DNA from: Propionibacteriales bacterium
Lineage (GTDB): Bacteria; Actinomycetota; Actinomycetes; Propionibacteriales; Nocardioidaceae
Reading direction: 5' to 3'
DNA length: 64,000 bases
Assembly: GCA_038256885.1 (NCBI GenBank)
Contig: JBBSJW010000003.1
Location: 5,273 to 69,272 of the forward strand
Part shown: piece by piece, positions 1-9,278 of the stretch
How the letters are laid out: each line of letters starts with the position of its first letter
Position numbering within the stretch: the stretch's first letter is position 1
Notes under the pieces: generated by a model
The model's input: only the letters and a program-made list of their open reading frames with translations
What the model was told of the DNA's origin: nothing
Databases searched by the model: none
Program-made: the position numbers and the translations under genes

Positions 1-123
1 AAGGCGCTGGTCAAGAAGATCGAGGCGGAGGTCGTCGACGCCGCCGTGCCCGCATGGCCGTGGGCGCCGATCGGCAAGGTCATGAAGCACGCGCCACTAG
101 GCGTCGTGCGCAAGCTGGTCTGA
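1..123 (+). CDS. 3' end of a probable short-chain dehydrogenase/oxidoreductase (partial)
   Basis: Frame 1 reads KALVKKIEAEVVDAAVPAWPWAPIGKVMKHAPLGVVRKLV* with TGA at 121-123; resembles SDR C-termini. No catalytic motif is visible. Confidence 0.45.
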   Translation, partial: KALVKKIEAEVVDAAVPAWPWAPIGKVMKHAPLGVVRKLV

Positions 124-195
124 GGGGCTGAACTGCTTCAGCTTCTTGCGGCCTGAGACGAACACCCGGGTCGCGATGAACCCGACGCCTGCGGC

Positions 196-861
196 GTGGG
201 TGACCAGCACGAACCCGAGGACGATGCCACCAACGATCAGGATCCACTCGGTCATACGAACATTTTAGAGCCCTCGTACGCTGCTCTGGTGGCGGATCTG
301 GCAGACATAGTCGACGCGATCGAGAACCTCCGGGAGGTGTCGTCGCGCATCGTCGTGGCGATCACCGGCTTCGCTGGTGCGGGAAAGTCGACACTGAGCC
401 GCACCCTGGTCGAGCTCGTTCCCGACAGTGCTCGGCTGCGTGGCGACGACTTCCTCGACCCGATGCGGTCCCATATTCGATCTCCGGACTGGGATGGCGT
501 CGAACGCAGCCGCATCAGGTCCGAGGTGATCGAACCGTTCCGTCGCGGTGAGCCTTCGATCTATCGCCCGTACGACTGGAACGTCGGAGCGCTCGGGCCG
601 TTGACCATGCTGCCCGAGGCGACAGTCCTCATCGTCGACGCGATAGCGCTGCTTCACCCCGATCTCGAGGGCTGCTTCGACCTGACGGTCTGGGTCGATG
701 CCGACCTCGAGACGGCCGCTAAGCAGGGGATCGAGCGGGACCGTCGGGCGGGCAGCGATCATGACGCGCTGTGGGACGAGGTGTGGGTCCCCAACGATCG
801 CGAGTTCGCCGAGACGTACGACCCGATTGGCCAGGCAGACCTGCTGTATCGGACGGAGTAG
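196..861 (+). CDS. Uridine kinase-like P-loop kinase
   Basis: Walker A GFAGAGKST, GDDF, YRPYDW and 'ERDR' motifs of the uridine kinase/PRK family. Confidence 0.75.
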   Translation: MGDQHEPEDDATNDQDPLGHTNILEPSYAALVADLADIVDAIENLREVSSRIVVAITGFAGAGKSTLSRTLVELVPDSARLRGDDFLDPMRSHIRSPDWDGVERSRIRSEVIEPFRRGEPSIYRPYDWNVGALGPLTMLPEATVLIVDAIALLHPDLEGCFDLTVWVDADLETAAKQGIERDRRAGSDHDALWDEVWVPNDREFAETYDPIGQADLLYRTE

Positions 862-874
862 CCCAGGATCGGTC

Positions 875-2194
875 TCAGGAGATCGAGAAGGGCTGAGCCG
901 TCGACTCGAGGACGCTCAGCCACAGGTCACCCTCGGGCGAGACGCTGTGCGCTCCTTGCGTCACGAACGGGATCGGCACGTTGACGAAACGATGGCGCCG
1001 ACGTCCGACGACGATGTCAGTTCGGCCTGCCATCGCGGCATGGACTGCAGTCTGCGCCAAACGGGCGCAGTAGACCGAGTCGGAGGCATCGGCTGGCACT
1101 GAGCGGATCGCGTAGCCGGGATTGAAGTAGCGCATCGTCAGTGGCTGGTCAGCGTTGGCGAAATGCTTGGTGATCTGCTCGCGCAGGTAGCGCGCGATGT
1201 CGCCGAGCACGGTGTTGCCGCTCGGGTCCATACGATCGCTTGCCGGTATGAGGTGCTGTCCTGCTCCTTCAGCCAGCACGATCACGGCGCTTCCGCGTTC
1301 GGCAACGCGTCGTTCGAGCAGCGCCAGCAGGCCGTTGTCACCGTCGAGCGAGAAGTCGACCTCCGGGATCAGGACGAAGTCGGCGTCGTGGTTGGCGAGA
1401 GCGGCGTAGCAGGCGATGAAGCCGGCATGGCGACCCATGACCTTGACGATGCCGATGCCGCCGACCGCCGCCTCCACCTCGACCCGCGCAGCCTTGATCG
1501 ACTCCGCTGCCTTGGCGAAGGCCGTGGAGAAGCCGAAGCTCTGGCCGATGTGCGGGATGTCGTTGTCGATCGTCTTGGGTACGCCGACGACCCCGATCTT
1601 GAGTCCACGTCGCTCGATCTCGACCACGATGTTGTGGGCGCCGCGCATCGACCCGTCGCCGCCGATCACCATGAGGATGTTGATCCCCTCGTCGACCAGC
1701 CGGTCGACGATGACGGCGGGATCCTGCGCGCCGCGCGACGTCCCGAGCACTGTGCCGCCGCGCTCGTTGATGCGCGCGACCGACTCGGGCGTCAGCTGAA
1801 TGACGTGGTGGCCGAGCTCTGGAACGAAGCCTGCGTAGCCGTGCTGGAAGCCGACCACATTGCGTACTCCGTAGTGCGTGTAGAGCTCGAGGACGATCGC
1901 GCGGATGACGTCGTTGAGACCGGGACACAAGCCGCCGCAGGTCACGACGCCGACCTTGGTGGTCGATGGGTCGAAGAAGATCTTGTCGCGTGGGCCTCCT
2001 GACTCGAAGGTCGGCAGGTCCTCGAGTGCGACTCCGCGGGACTCGATCAGCGCGAGAGTGTCGTCGTACAGGATCCGGTCGTGCTCGCCAACGTAGTACT
2101 CGTTGGTCGTGCGACCACCGACGTACAGCGCCAACGGCGAATCGATCGTGCACGGACCTAGTGAGCTGACCTGGAGATCGTCGAGGGTGACCAC
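875..2194 (-). CDS. pfkA: 6-phosphofructokinase (ATP-type, long 'clade X'-like)
   Basis: TCGGLCPGLN, GGTVLGTSRG, IGGDGS, PKTIDND, MGRHAGFIA motifs. Confidence 0.9.
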   Translation of the reverse strand: MVTLDDLQVSSLGPCTIDSPLALYVGGRTTNEYYVGEHDRILYDDTLALIESRGVALEDLPTFESGGPRDKIFFDPSTTKVGVVTCGGLCPGLNDVIRAIVLELYTHYGVRNVVGFQHGYAGFVPELGHHVIQLTPESVARINERGGTVLGTSRGAQDPAVIVDRLVDEGINILMVIGGDGSMRGAHNIVVEIERRGLKIGVVGVPKTIDNDIPHIGQSFGFSTAFAKAAESIKAARVEVEAAVGGIGIVKVMGRHAGFIACYAALANHDADFVLIPEVDFSLDGDNGLLALLERRVAERGSAVIVLAEGAGQHLIPASDRMDPSGNTVLGDIARYLREQITKHFANADQPLTMRYFNPGYAIRSVPADASDSVYCARLAQTAVHAAMAGRTDIVVGRRRHRFVNVPIPFVTQGAHSVSPEGDLWLSVLESTAQPFSIS

Positions 2195-2237
2195 GGGTCA
2201 ATCCTATATGAGGAAACCCTCATGTTTAGCAGCGGTT

Positions 2238-2390
2238 TCAGGGCTTGAAGATCAGGCACGTCGAGGTAGCCGTGGCCAGCAGGCGACCGTCGGAATCACG
2301 TATGTCGGCTTCGACGAATGCCGCGCGCGAGCCCGGCTTGGTGACCCGGCCGTGGGCGACGACCCGGGCAGTGTCGGAGGTGATGCCGCG
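2238..2390 (-). pseudogene. C-terminal remnant of a PaaI/hotdog thioesterase
   Basis: Minus strand reads ITSDTARVVAHGRVTKPGSRAAFVEADIRDSDGRLLATATSTCLIFKP* (TGA 2240-2238). No in-frame start before an upstream TAG inside the REP; 'LRP' lies in another frame. Confidence 0.7.
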
Positions 2391-2422
2391 GCCGGAGGGC
2401 TCGAGCGAGCATCTCTTCTCAC

Positions 2423-2467
2423 GGGGTTTCGATACGCCCCTCGTTCCTCGGGGCTACTCAACCAGCG
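2423..2467. repeat. GTAG-type REP-like palindromic repeat (family A), copy 1
   Basis: GGTTTCGATACG-[CCCCTCGTTCCTCGGGG]-CTACTCAACC; the same flanks occur at 12229, 17104 and inverted at 17021-17064. Confidence 0.85.
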
Positions 2468-2476
2468 AAACGCTCG

Positions 2477-3964
2477 TCAGGCGTAGGAGTAGGCGTCGAG
2501 GGGGAATCGGCCAGCCTCGCGGAAGGCGTTGATGGTTGACGTCGGTCGCAGGATCGCCGCTTCGCCGTGCTGGTTGAAGTAGTAGCTGCGGGCCGTCGAG
2601 CAGCTGCCAAGCGCGAACACCGAGTCCTCGAGCTTCTCGGTCATCCGGTCGAGGAACTCGGCATTGGCCTCCGATGTGACCTCGAAGGTCGAGGCGCCGC
2701 GCTTGCTGATCTCGCCGAACAGCCGCTTCATGTGCTTCATCTGCGACTCGATCGTCGTGAAGTAGGACAGACCGCTGTACGAGTAGGGGCTCGCGAGGGT
2801 CAGGAAGTTCGGGAAGTGCGGCACGGCGACGCCTTCGTACGCCTGGAAGCGGTTGTCTCGCCACCACTTTCCGAGGTTGCGTCCGTCGCGACCGATGATC
2901 TCGATCGCCGGGAAGTTGACGTCCCAGAGGTTGAATCCGGTCGCAAGGATCAGGGTGTCGATCGTCGTCTTGTTGCCGTCGCTCGTGACGATCCCGTCAG
3001 GCTCGATCCGCTCGATCGACGTGGTCTCGAGGTTGACGTTGTCGCGGGTGAACGCCTTGAAGTAGTCGTTGGAAAACGTCGGGCGCTTGCAGCCGAAGTC
3101 GTAGTCGGGCGTCAGCTTCTTGCGCAGCTCGGGATCGTCGATCTGGCGAGCCATGTGGCGCTTGGCGACGCGCTCGGCGATCTTGTTGAATATCTTGAAG
3201 CGGCGGTACTTCAGCACGGCCGCAACCATCAGCACCTCGAGCACGCCGGAGCCGAAGCCGCGCACGATGCGCTGGGTGAGCGGCACTCGTGCGTACATCG
3301 ACCGGACGCGCTTGGGGATCTTGGCGTCTGACTTGGGAGTCACCCAGATCGCGGTGCGCTGGTAGACGGTCAGCTCGGCCAGGGTCGGCGCGATCTCGGG
3401 GATGAGCTGTACGGCGGTGGCGCCGGTGCCGATGACGGCGGCCTTCTTGCCCGCGAGGTCGTACGAGTCGTCCCACTTCGTGGTGTGGATGACCTTGCCC
3501 GCGAACGTCTCGATACCGGGGATGTCAGGCATCTTCGGCTGGGACAGGAATCCGGTGGCCGTCAGCAGGTAGCGCGCGTGGAGGCGTTCGCCGCCGGCGA
3601 CGTTGACGGTCCAGTGCTCGTTCTCGGCGTCCCAGACTGCGCCTTCGACGACGGAGTTGAAGCGCATGAGCGTGCGGAGGTCGTACTTGTCAGCGACGTG
3701 CGAGGCGTACTTCTTGAGTTCTTCGCCCGGCGCATACAGGCGCGACCAGTGCGGATTGGGCTCGAAGGAGTAGGAGTACGTCGAGGACGGGATGTCGACT
3801 GCGAGGCCCGGGTAGCGGTTGACGTGCCAGGTGCCGCCGAGGTCGTCCTCACGCTCGAGGATCACCAGATCCGTGAAACCGAGACGGCCGAGCTGGATCG
3901 CTGCACCCATTCCGCCGAAGCCGGCGCCGATGATCGCCGCGTCGTGCACGGTGGTGTCCGTCAT
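2477..3964 (-). CDS. Flavin-containing (Baeyer-Villiger type) monooxygenase
   Basis: GAGFGG and GTGATA Rossmann motifs, GGTWHVNRYPG, FxGxxxHTxxW fingerprint (FAGKVIHTTKW), ATGF; start taken at ATG 3964 with GGAGG SD. Confidence 0.9.
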   Translation of the reverse strand: MTDTTVHDAAIIGAGFGGMGAAIQLGRLGFTDLVILEREDDLGGTWHVNRYPGLAVDIPSSTYSYSFEPNPHWSRLYAPGEELKKYASHVADKYDLRTLMRFNSVVEGAVWDAENEHWTVNVAGGERLHARYLLTATGFLSQPKMPDIPGIETFAGKVIHTTKWDDSYDLAGKKAAVIGTGATAVQLIPEIAPTLAELTVYQRTAIWVTPKSDAKIPKRVRSMYARVPLTQRIVRGFGSGVLEVLMVAAVLKYRRFKIFNKIAERVAKRHMARQIDDPELRKKLTPDYDFGCKRPTFSNDYFKAFTRDNVNLETTSIERIEPDGIVTSDGNKTTIDTLILATGFNLWDVNFPAIEIIGRDGRNLGKWWRDNRFQAYEGVAVPHFPNFLTLASPYSYSGLSYFTTIESQMKHMKRLFGEISKRGASTFEVTSEANAEFLDRMTEKLEDSVFALGSCSTARSYYFNQHGEAAILRPTSTINAFREAGRFPLDAYSYA

Positions 3965-3990
3965 GGGGTCCTCCGTTGGCATACCGAGAG

Positions 3991-4045
3991 TATTTGAACT
4001 CAAGTAAAACAGCAGGCCGGCGATGTGACAACCCCGATGTCGCAT
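3991..4045. promoter_or_regulatory. Two imperfect inverted repeats (candidate operators) in the divergent BVMO/SIMPL intergenic region
   Basis: TATTTGA-AC-TCAAGTA (3991-4006) and ATGTGACA-N7-TGTCGCAT (4023-4045). Confidence 0.4.
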
Positions 4046-4077
4046 TCGCGCGTGGATCTGTGGGGCATCATGACCTC

Positions 4078-4746
4078 ATGACGCTCGAAATCATCGTCCG
4101 CGGATCTGCGGAGACCCGCCATCCCGCCGAGCGAGCCACTGTCTCGATGGCCGCCTCGATCGAGGGGCCGGACAAGTCGAAGGTGTTCGCCGAGGCTGTC
4201 GCGCTGCAGGAGCCGCTGTCCAAGCAGCTGCGCGAGCTGGTCGACCTCGACGCCGTGGCGACCTGGTCGAGCGACCAGGTACGCGTCTTCAGTCACCGGC
4301 CTTGGGACCACGAGGGCAAGCGTCTCGATGTCGTCCACGTGGCGCGGGTTCAGGTCGTTGCCGAGTTCATCGACTTCGAGCGGCTCAGCGGCTTCCTCGA
4401 CTTCTGGTCGGGCAAGGACGGGATCGAGGTCGGCTACATTTCGTGGGACGTGACGGTCAAGAACCGGCGTGCGTACGAGGCGGAGGCGCGCAAGGCTGCT
4501 GTCGACGACGCAGTGGCGAAGGCGCAGGTCTATTCCAACACTGTGCGTCGCGGCAAGGTCGTGGCTCTCCAGCTGTCAGATCCGGGGATGCTCGGCAACG
4601 GCCCTCAGGACTTCGACTCAGGACCCGGGATGGCCAAGGTGATGTCGATGGGGGCAGCCGATATGGGCGGTGGACCGTCGCTCGCACTCGCACCGGAGGA
4701 GATCGTCATACGTGTCGAGGTGGACGCGCGCTTCTCGGCTGAATAG
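4078..4746 (+). CDS. SIMPL/DUF541 domain protein
   Basis: IIVRGSAE...AERATV N-terminus, 'EARKAAVDDAVAKAQVY' helix, C-terminal 'EEIVIRVEVDARF'. Confidence 0.8.
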   Translation: MTLEIIVRGSAETRHPAERATVSMAASIEGPDKSKVFAEAVALQEPLSKQLRELVDLDAVATWSSDQVRVFSHRPWDHEGKRLDVVHVARVQVVAEFIDFERLSGFLDFWSGKDGIEVGYISWDVTVKNRRAYEAEARKAAVDDAVAKAQVYSNTVRRGKVVALQLSDPGMLGNGPQDFDSGPGMAKVMSMGAADMGGGPSLALAPEEIVIRVEVDARFSAE

Positions 4747-4751
4747 CAGGC

Positions 4752-5519
4752 TCAGTCGAACCAAACGATCTTGATCAGCGCCAGCGTGCCGATCAACAGG
4801 ATGATCGCCCGGAGCACGAGTGGTGGCAGGCGGCGACCGATACGAGAGCCGAGCAGGCCGCCGATCAAGCTGCCTCCGCCGATGAGCGCGACGATCTTCC
4901 AGTCGATCCGGTCCCACGCAAAGATCATGAACGCGACCGCCGCCACGGCGTTGACGAGGGTTCCGAGGACGTTCTTGAGTCCGTTGAGCGCCTGGATACC
5001 GGCGCTGAGCATGATGCCCATCAGGCCCATGAGCAAGATGCCCTGCGCAGCACCGAAGTAGCCGCCATAGACGCCGAGCCCGAAGATCCCGAGGAACAGT
5101 GCAGGCGACACCCGTTCGACGTCGGTCCCTTGTGCTTGCTTGCGACGAGCAACCCGGCGTTGGATCGATGGTCCGACGATGACCATGACGAGCGCCAGCG
5201 CGATGAGCGCCGGCACGATCGCATCGAAGGAGCTGTCGGGCAGCGTCAGCAGCAGTGCCGCACCGGCGACTGCTCCGAGGACCGATGCCGGTGCGAGACG
5301 TATGAGAGTCGCCTTGAGCTCGCGAGCCTCGTGGCGGTAGCCGTACGTACCGGAGATGCCGCCGGCGACCAGGCCGATGTTGTTGGAGACGTTGGCCGTC
5401 AGCGCGGGATAGCCGAACAGCAGCAACGTCGGGAAGGTGATGAGGGTGCCTGAGCCGACGATCGTGTTGATCATGCCCGCCCAGATTCCAGCGGCAAAGA
5501 TCACGACGCCCTCGAGCAC
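4752..5519 (-). CDS. Sulfite exporter TauE/SafE family membrane protein
   Basis: AGMINTIVGSGTLITFP, YGGYFGAAQG, NGLKN motifs; multiple TM segments. Confidence 0.85.
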   Translation of the reverse strand: MLEGVVIFAAGIWAGMINTIVGSGTLITFPTLLLFGYPALTANVSNNIGLVAGGISGTYGYRHEARELKATLIRLAPASVLGAVAGAALLLTLPDSSFDAIVPALIALALVMVIVGPSIQRRVARRKQAQGTDVERVSPALFLGIFGLGVYGGYFGAAQGILLMGLMGIMLSAGIQALNGLKNVLGTLVNAVAAVAFMIFAWDRIDWKIVALIGGGSLIGGLLGSRIGRRLPPLVLRAIILLIGTLALIKIVWFD

Positions 5520-5626
5520 CCCCTGAGCGTAGCGTCCCCGAGCGCGCCCGACTGATTGTGCCGCTGACCTGCACAAATACCTGAGTACGGCTTGGTGCAC
5601 ACGCATACCGCAGGTATGCTCGAAGA

Positions 5627-6751
5627 ATGTTCTGGACCCAGCTGCGCAGGCGACTCATGATCTGGCGACGCCCCAGCACCACGGTTCGCATGCTGCTTCC
5701 AGGCCGTGGCCCGATGCGCGTTGTCTACGACAAGGCCGTCGTCCACGAGAGCTACAGCTTCCGCGCCCGTGTGCTGCAGCGGGCCGCCCGGCTCGTGTTC
5801 AAGCCGCTTCTGAGCATCACACCGCTCAACGACCGGTCACTCGCGACGATCCGGGCGATCGACCGGTTGTCGGCACGGCGACCCCGCTCCCCCTACGTCG
5901 AGTCGATCCGCTTCGAGCTCGGCGGCGTGCCCGTCGAGTCCATGGTGCACCGCTACGGCACGACCAGTGACATGACGATCCTCTACCTCCACGGCGGCGG
6001 ATTCTTCTCCGGCAGCATCGAGACCCACCGCCGCATCTGCGAGCGGCTTGCCCGCAAGACCGGCGCGACCGTCATCTCGGTCGACTACGTCCAGCTGCCC
6101 GAGGGTGCCATCGCCGACTCGGTGCAGGACGTCATCACGGCGTACGAGGCATTGCTCGAGCAAAGCGTTCACCCGGACAAGATCGTCGTCGCCGGCGACT
6201 CGGCCGGTGGCTACCTGACGATGAAGGTCGCCGAGCTCGCCAACCGTCGAGGACTCCAGGCGCCGGCTGCACTCCTGTGCTTCTCACCGCTGTTGAGCAT
6301 CGATCCCGATCGTGAGGACAAGGCGGTCGAACGCATCATCCGCCATCGCGACGCCTACCTTCCTGTTCGTCGCATTGCCCAGATCCGCGAGCGCTGGTTG
6401 CCCGAGGGCTCAGCCATCGAGGGCTACGCCTCGCCGCTTCATGCCGCTGCCTACATCACCTCGCCGACCTTCCTGGTCGCTGTCGAGGACGAGATGCTGC
6501 GACCTGAGGTCGAGGCCATGGCTCTGCTGCTGTCCGACCGCGGAGTCGAGGTCGAGACGCATCTGTGGCGCAAGCAGGTGCACGCGTTCCCGGTGCTGGC
6601 CAAGGTGCTGCCAGAGAGCGAGATGGCTCTGCAGCTTGCGGCCGACTTCGCGAGCCGAGCCGTCGGCGAGCTCGATCGACCGCCGGTGGTCGATCCCGAC
6701 GCCCATGACGAGGTCATCGTCGGCGAGCTCGTCCCCGACGACGCTGCCTAG
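5627..6751 (+). CDS. Alpha/beta hydrolase (HSL-family esterase/lipase)
   Basis: YLHGGGF, GDSAGG nucleophile elbow, QVHAF; likely leaderless (TATGCT-N6-ATG). Confidence 0.88.
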   Translation: MFWTQLRRRLMIWRRPSTTVRMLLPGRGPMRVVYDKAVVHESYSFRARVLQRAARLVFKPLLSITPLNDRSLATIRAIDRLSARRPRSPYVESIRFELGGVPVESMVHRYGTTSDMTILYLHGGGFFSGSIETHRRICERLARKTGATVISVDYVQLPEGAIADSVQDVITAYEALLEQSVHPDKIVVAGDSAGGYLTMKVAELANRRGLQAPAALLCFSPLLSIDPDREDKAVERIIRHRDAYLPVRRIAQIRERWLPEGSAIEGYASPLHAAAYITSPTFLVAVEDEMLRPEVEAMALLLSDRGVEVETHLWRKQVHAFPVLAKVLPESEMALQLAADFASRAVGELDRPPVVDPDAHDEVIVGELVPDDAA

Positions 6752-6905
6752 GTCGTCACTCTGCCCGGGCGCGGTGCACAGGTGTTTGGAAAGCCGATGG
6801 TAGGGATTCCACTGAACTTTTGCGCGATCGCTCCGCTGGGGTGCCGCCGAGACTTAACTTGGCATGTCGCCGATGTGCGGTGACATTCGAGGGAGGGTGC
6901 ATTTC

Positions 6906-7694
6906 ATGCGCAAATCCACAGCCATTCTGTCGGCCGCCGTCATGGCGCTGGCCACAGCAATCTCCATGTCGCCGGCCCAAGCCGCGTCCTTCTCAGTCAG
7001 CGCGTCCATCTCCACGAGCAGTGCCCAGTCAGGACTCGGCCCCTACATCAAGGGTTCGATCTCGCCGGCCCGTTCCAGGGTAATCAAGCTGCAGCGCTAC
7101 TACAGCGGCGCATGGCACACCATCGAGACGACGACGAGCAGCAGCGATGGCAAGTACGGCAAGCGCCTCGCACCGGATGACCTCAACTACGCCATCGGGT
7201 CGTTGAAGTTCCGCGCGCTGCTTGACTCTCCCGACACGGGCAAGAGCAGCACCATCACGAAGACGATCTACGGCTGGCGCAGCCTCGCCTACATGATCGC
7301 GTCGACGGGCAACTCATATCGGTACTTTGACGACGGTCCACACCTCACGGTCGATGGAATTGCAGGGCAGGAGGGGTGGCTCTCGGCCATCGACGGAGTG
7401 GGATACACCAAGTGGAACCTGCAGGAGAAGTGCATCAGGCTCCGCGGGTTCGCCGGCCTCGACGACGAAACCTCCGGCACAGCCTCTCTGGCCAAGCTCT
7501 ACATCGGCTTGGATGGCACGTCCCACGACTACGACCGAACCTTCAGTCAGTACGAGTTTGCGGACTTGGACAAGCCTCTTTATAAGACGCACTACCTGTC
7601 CTTCAAGGCGAAGCGAATCGATCTCGACGAGAATGCCCCGCTTGGGGTCGGCGAGCCCAGGGTGCTCTGCAGCAAGGAGCTCCCGAGCGATTGA
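6906..7694 (+). CDS. Secreted hypothetical protein, C-terminal NPCBM-like beta domain possible
   Basis: Signal peptide MRKSTAILSAAVMALATAISMSPAQA; GGAGGG SD; C-terminal 'WNLQEKCIRLRGFAGLDD' resembles NPCBM/NEW2. Confidence 0.6.
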   Translation: MRKSTAILSAAVMALATAISMSPAQAASFSVSASISTSSAQSGLGPYIKGSISPARSRVIKLQRYYSGAWHTIETTTSSSDGKYGKRLAPDDLNYAIGSLKFRALLDSPDTGKSSTITKTIYGWRSLAYMIASTGNSYRYFDDGPHLTVDGIAGQEGWLSAIDGVGYTKWNLQEKCIRLRGFAGLDDETSGTASLAKLYIGLDGTSHDYDRTFSQYEFADLDKPLYKTHYLSFKAKRIDLDENAPLGVGEPRVLCSKELPSD

Positions 7695-7710
7695 CCTGCG
7701 TCTGACGCGG

Positions 7711-7739
7711 GCCCGGTCGACGACGTCGGCCGGGCTTTC
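7711..7739 (+). terminator. Probable intrinsic terminator hairpin
   Basis: GCCCGGTCGAC-gac-GTCGGCCGGGC followed by TTTC, 17 nt after the stop. Confidence 0.6.
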
Positions 7740-7751
7740 GCATACCCAAAT

Positions 7752-7779
7752 CACAAACAATCAGGCTTGACTGTTTGTG
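7752..7779. promoter_or_regulatory. TetR operator overlapping the -35 of the atu-like operon promoter
   Basis: CACAAACAaTCA-ggct-TGAcTGTTTGTG palindrome; TTGACT (7767-7772), 17-nt spacer, CATGCT (7790-7795), GTG at 7802 (leaderless). Confidence 0.7.
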
Positions 7780-7801
7780 GGATTGGACGCATGCTGGATC
7801 G

Positions 7802-8410
7802 GTGAGCACCCAGGCGCAGTCGAGAACTCCCCAAGGGGAGCGCACTCGCACGATGCGACTGCGGCTGATGGAGGCCACTGTCGACTGTCTCGTCGAGCTC
7901 GGCTGGTCCGGTACCACCACAACAGTCGTCAGCAAGCGCGCTGGCGTCAGCCGCGGTGCCCAGCTCCACCACTTCCCGACCAAGCAAGATCTCGTGGTCG
8001 CTGCCGTCGGTCACCTCACCGAGCGACGCCGCGATGACATGCGCCAAGCGGCTGCTGATCTGCCGGAGGCCGGCCGCACTCGAGCCGTGCTCGAGATCTT
8101 GTCGGCACAGTTTGTCTCGCCGGTGTTCTTCGCCGCACTCGAGCTTTGGGTTGCCGCACGTACGGATGCTGAGCTCCGCGAGTCCGTCGCTCCGCTCGAG
8201 CGTCGCGTCGGCCGGGAGACCCACGCATACGCACTCGAGCTCCTCGGCGTGGACGAGTCGCGCGGCAACAACCGCGAGGTCATTCAGGCCACCCTCGACC
8301 TGCTGCGTGGCCTCGGCCTCGCAGCGTCCCTGTCCGATGATGCGAAGCGACGTTCTGTCGTCCTCGACTCATGGGCGATCATCCTCGACCAACAGTTGGA
8401 GATTGCATGA
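7802..8410 (+). CDS. TetR/AcrR family transcriptional regulator
   Basis: N-terminal HTH 'TTTTVVSKRAGVSRGAQLHHFPTKQDL'. Confidence 0.9.
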   Translation: MSTQAQSRTPQGERTRTMRLRLMEATVDCLVELGWSGTTTTVVSKRAGVSRGAQLHHFPTKQDLVVAAVGHLTERRRDDMRQAAADLPEAGRTRAVLEILSAQFVSPVFFAALELWVAARTDAELRESVAPLERRVGRETHAYALELLGVDESRGNNREVIQATLDLLRGLGLAASLSDDAKRRSVVLDSWAIILDQQLEIA

Positions 8411-8490
8411 GCGAGCGTCAGCGAGCGAACAATCAGGCTGTCATGCCACGGCCTCCTTACCGTGGCTTCTTGAAGGAGGCTGGGGCATGA
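8407..8490 (+). repeat. Structured repeat (family B) forming a 27-aa bridging mini-ORF between tetR and the next gene
   Basis: MSERQRANNQAVMPRPPYRGFLKEAGA*; ATGA overlaps at both ends; homologous copy at 63759-63845. Confidence 0.8.
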
Positions 8491-9278
8491 CGATCCTCGA
8501 CCAGGTGCTCACCGACCTCGAAGCCGAGAGCGCGCAGCTCGACGGCTGGGTGTCGGTGCTCGACGCGTCCGGCTGGGAGACCGTCACGACGCCTGAGGGC
8601 TGGACCGTCACCCACCAGATCGGTCACCTGCACTGGACCGACGTTGCGTCGGTCACGGCGATCACGGACGAGCCCGCCTTCGCTGAAGGGCTCAAGGCGG
8701 CCGCTGCCAACCCCACCGGCTTCGTCGACGAGGCAGCAGAGGAGATGGCGCTCATCCCTCCAGCCGAGCTGCTCGCGACCTGGCGCGAAGGTCGCTCGTC
8801 ACTGCACGCTGCGCTGCGCGCCGTGCCAGACGGCGAGAAGATCCCGTGGTTCGGTCCACCGATGAGCCCGGTCTCAATGGCCACGGCACGCGTGATGGAG
8901 ACGTGGGCGCACTCGCACGACGTGGCTGAGGCGCTCGGCATCGAGGTGCCCAAGACGTCGCGGTCCAAGCACGTGGCACACATCGGCGTACGAGCTCGCG
9001 GCTTCTCGTACATGATGCGCGGCGAGGAGATCCCCGAAGGAGACGTACGAGTCGAGCTCACCGGGCCCGATGGCGACCTCTGGACCTGGGGACCCGAGGA
9101 CGCCGCCGAGCGGGTGACCGGCGACGGCTACGACTTCGCTCTGCTCGTCACTCGCCGCCGCCACTACGAGGACGTCGACGTGCACGCGGTCGGCGAGAAC
9201 GCTTCGCGGTGGCTGACGATCGCACAGGCATTCGCCGGCTTGCCGGGCAACGACCCCAAGCGTCTGGCGGACCGATGA
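8487..9278 (+). CDS. TIGR03084/MDMPI-like (DinB superfamily) metal-binding protein
   Basis: TPEGWTVTHQIGHL, WFGPPMS, RVMETWAHSHD motifs. Confidence 0.85.
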   Translation: MTILDQVLTDLEAESAQLDGWVSVLDASGWETVTTPEGWTVTHQIGHLHWTDVASVTAITDEPAFAEGLKAAAANPTGFVDEAAEEMALIPPAELLATWREGRSSLHAALRAVPDGEKIPWFGPPMSPVSMATARVMETWAHSHDVAEALGIEVPKTSRSKHVAHIGVRARGFSYMMRGEEIPEGDVRVELTGPDGDLWTWGPEDAAERVTGDGYDFALLVTRRRHYEDVDVHAVGENASRWLTIAQAFAGLPGNDPKRLADR

